Notes under the pieces: generated by a model
The model's database searches: none
Told to the model about the DNA's origin: nothing
Seen by the model: only the letters and a program-made list of their open reading frames with translations
Made by a program: the position numbers and the translations under genes
Assembly (NCBI RefSeq): GCF_000008645.1
Contig: NC_000916.1
Span: 390,001 to 422,000 of the forward strand
Source of the DNA: Methanothermobacter thermautotrophicus str. Delta H
GTDB lineage: Archaea > Methanobacteriota > Methanobacteria > Methanobacteriales > Methanothermobacteraceae
Direction: 5' to 3'
DNA: 32,000 nt
Part shown: one piece after another, positions 29,056 through 32,000 of the stretch
Numbering within the stretch: the first letter of the stretch is position 1
How the letters are laid out: every line of letters starts with the position of its first letter

Positions 29056-29763
29056 TCATTTCTCCTGGAAGTGGTTGAGGGCCGTGTTAACCATCAGGGA
29101 GATCAGGAGGAGTATTATTCCAAGGGCTATTGAGAGTTCAATGTTACCCTTAGATGTCTCAAGGGATATGGCTGTTGTTATGACCCTTGTGAATCCCCTT
29201 ATGTTACCACCGAGCATTATGGCCACACCCACCTCTGATATGGCCCTGCCGAAGCCCAGGATGATGGCGGCCATGACCGCGTACCTCGCCTCGGTGATGA
29301 CCTTCATCATAACCTGATACTCCGTGGCCCCCAGGGACCTTGCAAGATCCCGGAGTTCAGGTTTAACGCTCCTCAGGGCCGTGAGGCTGAATCCTGTTAC
29401 CAGGGGCAGTATCAGTATGCTCTGGCCCAGTATCATGCCGGCGGGTGTGAACAGGAGGTTGAATGACCCAAGGGGTCCTGAGCGCGATATGAGAAGGAAG
29501 ACGAAGAGCCCCACAAGTACCGTTGGCATGCTGTAGAGTGTCTGTATGATGTTTATGATGAACCTCCTGCCCCTGAATTCCCGGGAGTCAATTACTGAGG
29601 CTAGAGGCACTGCTACCACTGCTGCGATGCCGGTGGATGATAGTGAGATCATCAGCGTGCGTGCGGTTATATCCATGAGTTCAGGGTCAAGTGATGCCAT
29701 GAGTTCAAGGGCCCTTATGAATCCGGTGAGTATCTCGTTCAAGTTCCGGTCTCCATGCAGCAT
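29056..29763 (-). CDS. tupB: Tungstate ABC transporter permease
   Basis: TM-rich, with the permease loop EARYAVMAAIILGFGRAISEVGVAIMLGGNI. Confidence 0.8.
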   Translation of the reverse strand: MLHGDRNLNEILTGFIRALELMASLDPELMDITARTLMISLSSTGIAAVVAVPLASVIDSREFRGRRFIINIIQTLYSMPTVLVGLFVFLLISRSGPLGSFNLLFTPAGMILGQSILILPLVTGFSLTALRSVKPELRDLARSLGATEYQVMMKVITEARYAVMAAIILGFGRAISEVGVAIMLGGNIRGFTRVITTAISLETSKGNIELSIALGIILLLISLMVNTALNHFQEK

Positions 29764-29812
29764 CTTCAGAAAAAGTCGGGGTCTTAAAAATAAAGTAGTA
29801 TGTTAACTGTTT

Positions 29813-30694
29813 TTAGCTTTTTGGTTCCTCCCCTCCGAAGAGGGCTGTGAAGAGTGGCTGCCCGTATTCAGCCTTCCCGTACCCGGCTATGAGGTTCTGG
29901 CATTCTTCGCTCATGAGGAACTCAACGAACTTCTCTGCGGCGTCGGTGTTCACGCCCTTCACCCTTGCAGGGTTGATGGTTACTGCTGAGTATACATTGA
30001 GCAGTGATTTATCCTCTGTCAGGTAGGCCACGAGGGTTGTTCTGTTCCTGTAGGCGAGGTATGTCCCTGAATCTGTGAGTGCGTAGGCCTTCTTCTCGTT
30101 TGCAACCCTCAGGGTGTCCGCCATTCCGCTTCCGGTCTCAATGTACCATGCTGATCCGTTGACGGTGCTGTTGTAGTCTGTTACGTTCTTCCATATCTTT
30201 ATCTCCCTTGAGTTTGTGCCTGAGTTATCGCCCCTTGATACGAACTTGACCTTCTCAGGGTTCTTCTCTGCTCCTTCAAGTATCTTTCTGAAGGCATCCT
30301 TCCCTGTTTTCGCATCTTTAATACCTGCGGGGTCATCAGCAGGTCCCACGATGTAGAAGTAGTTGTAGGCGAAGGGGTATCTCTTCACACCGTATCCATC
30401 CTTTATGAATTCCTCTTCCCTCTTCTTATCGTGGACTATCAGGAGGTCTGCATCACCCCTCTTTCCGCGTTCAAGGGCTATCCCGGTTCCACCTGAAACT
30501 ATCTGCACATCTATGTTGGGGTATTTCCGCTCGAAGGCTGCCTCAACATCCTCAAGGAGGCCGGTGTCCTCCAGGCTTGTTGTGGTGGATATTCTGAGTA
30601 TTTCTCTATCTCCATTGCCTGAGATTGCGTAAAATGCTATTGCTATGATGATGACAGCTGCAATGGCTGCCAGTGCAATGTATTTCCTGTCCAT
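29813..30694 (-). CDS. tupA: Tungstate-binding protein (TupA-like)
   Basis: LRISTTTSLEDTGLLEDVEAAFEKKYP-type N-terminus, GTGIALERGKRGDADLLIVHDKKREEEFI, VSRGDNSGTNSREIKIWK. Confidence 0.82.
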   Translation of the reverse strand: MDRKYIALAAIAAVIIIAIAFYAISGNGDREILRISTTTSLEDTGLLEDVEAAFERKYPNIDVQIVSGGTGIALERGKRGDADLLIVHDKKREEEFIKDGYGVKRYPFAYNYFYIVGPADDPAGIKDAKTGKDAFRKILEGAEKNPEKVKFVSRGDNSGTNSREIKIWKNVTDYNSTVNGSAWYIETGSGMADTLRVANEKKAYALTDSGTYLAYRNRTTLVAYLTEDKSLLNVYSAVTINPARVKGVNTDAAEKFVEFLMSEECQNLIAGYGKAEYGQPLFTALFGGEEPKS

Positions 30695-30830
30695 GGTCTT
30701 TAACCTCCATTAACTCAGAACACCTATATCGACATGGACATATATACATATCGGTTCTGTGAAGGAATGAGAACATGGGATCGTCCTGAAAGATAAAGAA
30801 GGACTACTCTGAGGGAGTTATTCCCAGAAC

Positions 30831-31103
30831 CTACTTCTTGTACTTCTTCTCAAACCTTCTCCAGGACTTTGCAATGTATGGTTCACACCTGTCAAGCTCG
30901 GTCAGGAGACACGCCCGTATTGTATCGCTCTTTATCTCCTCTTCAACCTCTATCTTCTTTTTAACGGTCTCGTAGACCCTCTCGATGATCTCCCTCTTCT
31001 CCTCAGGACTGTAACCGGCATCAATGGCTGCCTTCTCCAGTGATGCCCTTATCTTGGATGGTTCATAGGGCTCCCTGAAACCCCTCCTCTTTATAACATT
31101 CAT
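30831..31103 (-). CDS. Stand-alone ATP-cone domain protein
   Basis: VIKRRGFREPYEPSKIRASLEKAAIDAGYSPEEKREIIERVYETVKKK. Start set at MNVIKRRG. Confidence 0.75.
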   Translation of the reverse strand: MNVIKRRGFREPYEPSKIRASLEKAAIDAGYSPEEKREIIERVYETVKKKIEVEEEIKSDTIRACLLTELDRCEPYIAKSWRRFEKKYKK

Positions 31104-31215
31104 GTTATCACCATTCCATATATCTCTCTCCCCAATAATGTATTTTTTCACTGAACATCAGATTCATGGACAAACTGATAAAGATATCCGGAAGATGCAA
31201 CATATGATAATGTTG

Positions 31216-32000
31216 ATGACCCGATGGAAGAATATATCAGAGATAAGAACGGAGGAGGTTCCTGATGAACTCGAAACATCCGTTAACGGCCTGAAAGAGG
31301 CTGAGATCAGAAAGAGGCTGAATATTCACGGTCCCAATGAGATCCTCTTTAAAAGGCCGATGGCTCTATTAAGATTTCTTAAGCAGTTTCAGAGCCTCCT
31401 AGTCTACGTCCTTCTTATGGTGGCGATATTCACAGCGGTTATAGGTGAATGGATTGACACCGTGGTAATAGCCAGAGTCGTGATCCTGAATTCCACAGTA
31501 GGATTCATACAGGAGGGAAAGGCCTCTGAAGCCATAGAGGCCCTCCAGAAGTTCACCTGGTCAGAATCCGCTGTAATCAGGGATGGTGAGAAGATCAGAA
31601 TCCCCTCAAGGCTCCTCGTACCCGGTGACATAATAATAACTGGTGGTGGAGAGCGATCTCCGGCCGATATAAGGATACTGGAATCAAAGAACCTCCTTGT
31701 GGACGAGTCAGCCCTCACAGAAGAATCAGTGCCTGTTGAAAAGGACTCTGATCCCCTCACCGATGAGGATATTGAGAGGGGTGAGTTCAGGAACATCCTC
31801 TTCAGCGGTACCCTCATAATGAAGGAGAGGGGCATGGGCGCTGTAATCTCAACAGGCCCGGAAACAGAGCCTGGAAGGATAGCAGAAACTGTACAGAAGG
31901 TTGAAGTCAAAACCCCTCTTCTTAAAAAAATTGACGAATTTTCACGCACCATAACCATTACAGTAATTATCCTTGCGACCCTTAACTTCACTGCAGCACT
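31216..32000 (+). CDS. P-type cation-transporting ATPase, N-terminal part (3' end outside window)
   Basis: Open frame to the window edge: MTRWKNISEIRTEEVPDELETSVNGLKEAEIRKRLNIHGPNEI...VPGDIIITGGGERSPADIRILESKNLLVDESALTEESVPVEKD. In-frame upstream ATGs at 31204 and 31195 are alternatives. Confidence 0.85.
   Translation, partial: MTRWKNISEIRTEEVPDELETSVNGLKEAEIRKRLNIHGPNEILFKRPMALLRFLKQFQSLLVYVLLMVAIFTAVIGEWIDTVVIARVVILNSTVGFIQEGKASEAIEALQKFTWSESAVIRDGEKIRIPSRLLVPGDIIITGGGERSPADIRILESKNLLVDESALTEESVPVEKDSDPLTDEDIERGEFRNILFSGTLIMKERGMGAVISTGPETEPGRIAETVQKVEVKTPLLKKIDEFSRTITITVIILATLNFTAA

Overview
The window has the look of a methanogenic archaeon, most like Methanothermobacter. This is inferred from gene content and GGAGG/GGTGAT-type ribosome binding sites; no database was searched. 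Left part (1-6973): a chelatase-type vWA protein end, an ECF transporter (S component, CbiQ-like T component, double-ABC ATPase) and a CobN/magnesium-chelatase-H-like gene broken by two apparent -1 shifts. 7168-10764: a large REC-PAS-HisKA_2 sensor kinase interrupted by two in-frame TAG codons, followed by a convergent PEP-utilising-enzyme-like gene. 12045-18100 is the most accessory-looking stretch: a strongly T/G-biased tract, an orphan protein closely resembling the CRISPR-associated Csx16 (VVA1548) family, a small ORF and an acidic orphan protein with a 5-bp tandem duplication at its 5' end, a HepT/MntA-like HEPN-nucleotidyltransferase pair, DUF368 and NERD membrane proteins, and an unlisted small ribbon-helix-helix protein with repeated TTATGTAATC boxes upstream. 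Right part: another HisKA_2 kinase, a DUF169 protein, a zinc-ribbon ORF without a usable in-frame start, a DUF1232 protein, a UvrD-like helicase/nuclease, a ZIP transporter, an archaeal Dps/ferritin-like gene with two compensating frameshifts, a cytochrome-b5-like protein, a rubredoxin fused to a TPP-dependent enzyme that seems to lack the GDG cofactor motif, a TupABC-type tungstate transporter, an ATP-cone protein, and a P-type ATPase 5' end with TEES in place of TGES. The main caveat is that several gene breaks are single-base changes, so sequence error must be excluded before they are read as biology. The best candidate for something undescribed is the csx16-like/acidic-protein cassette; the rubredoxin-TPP fusion and the twice-amber-interrupted kinase come next.
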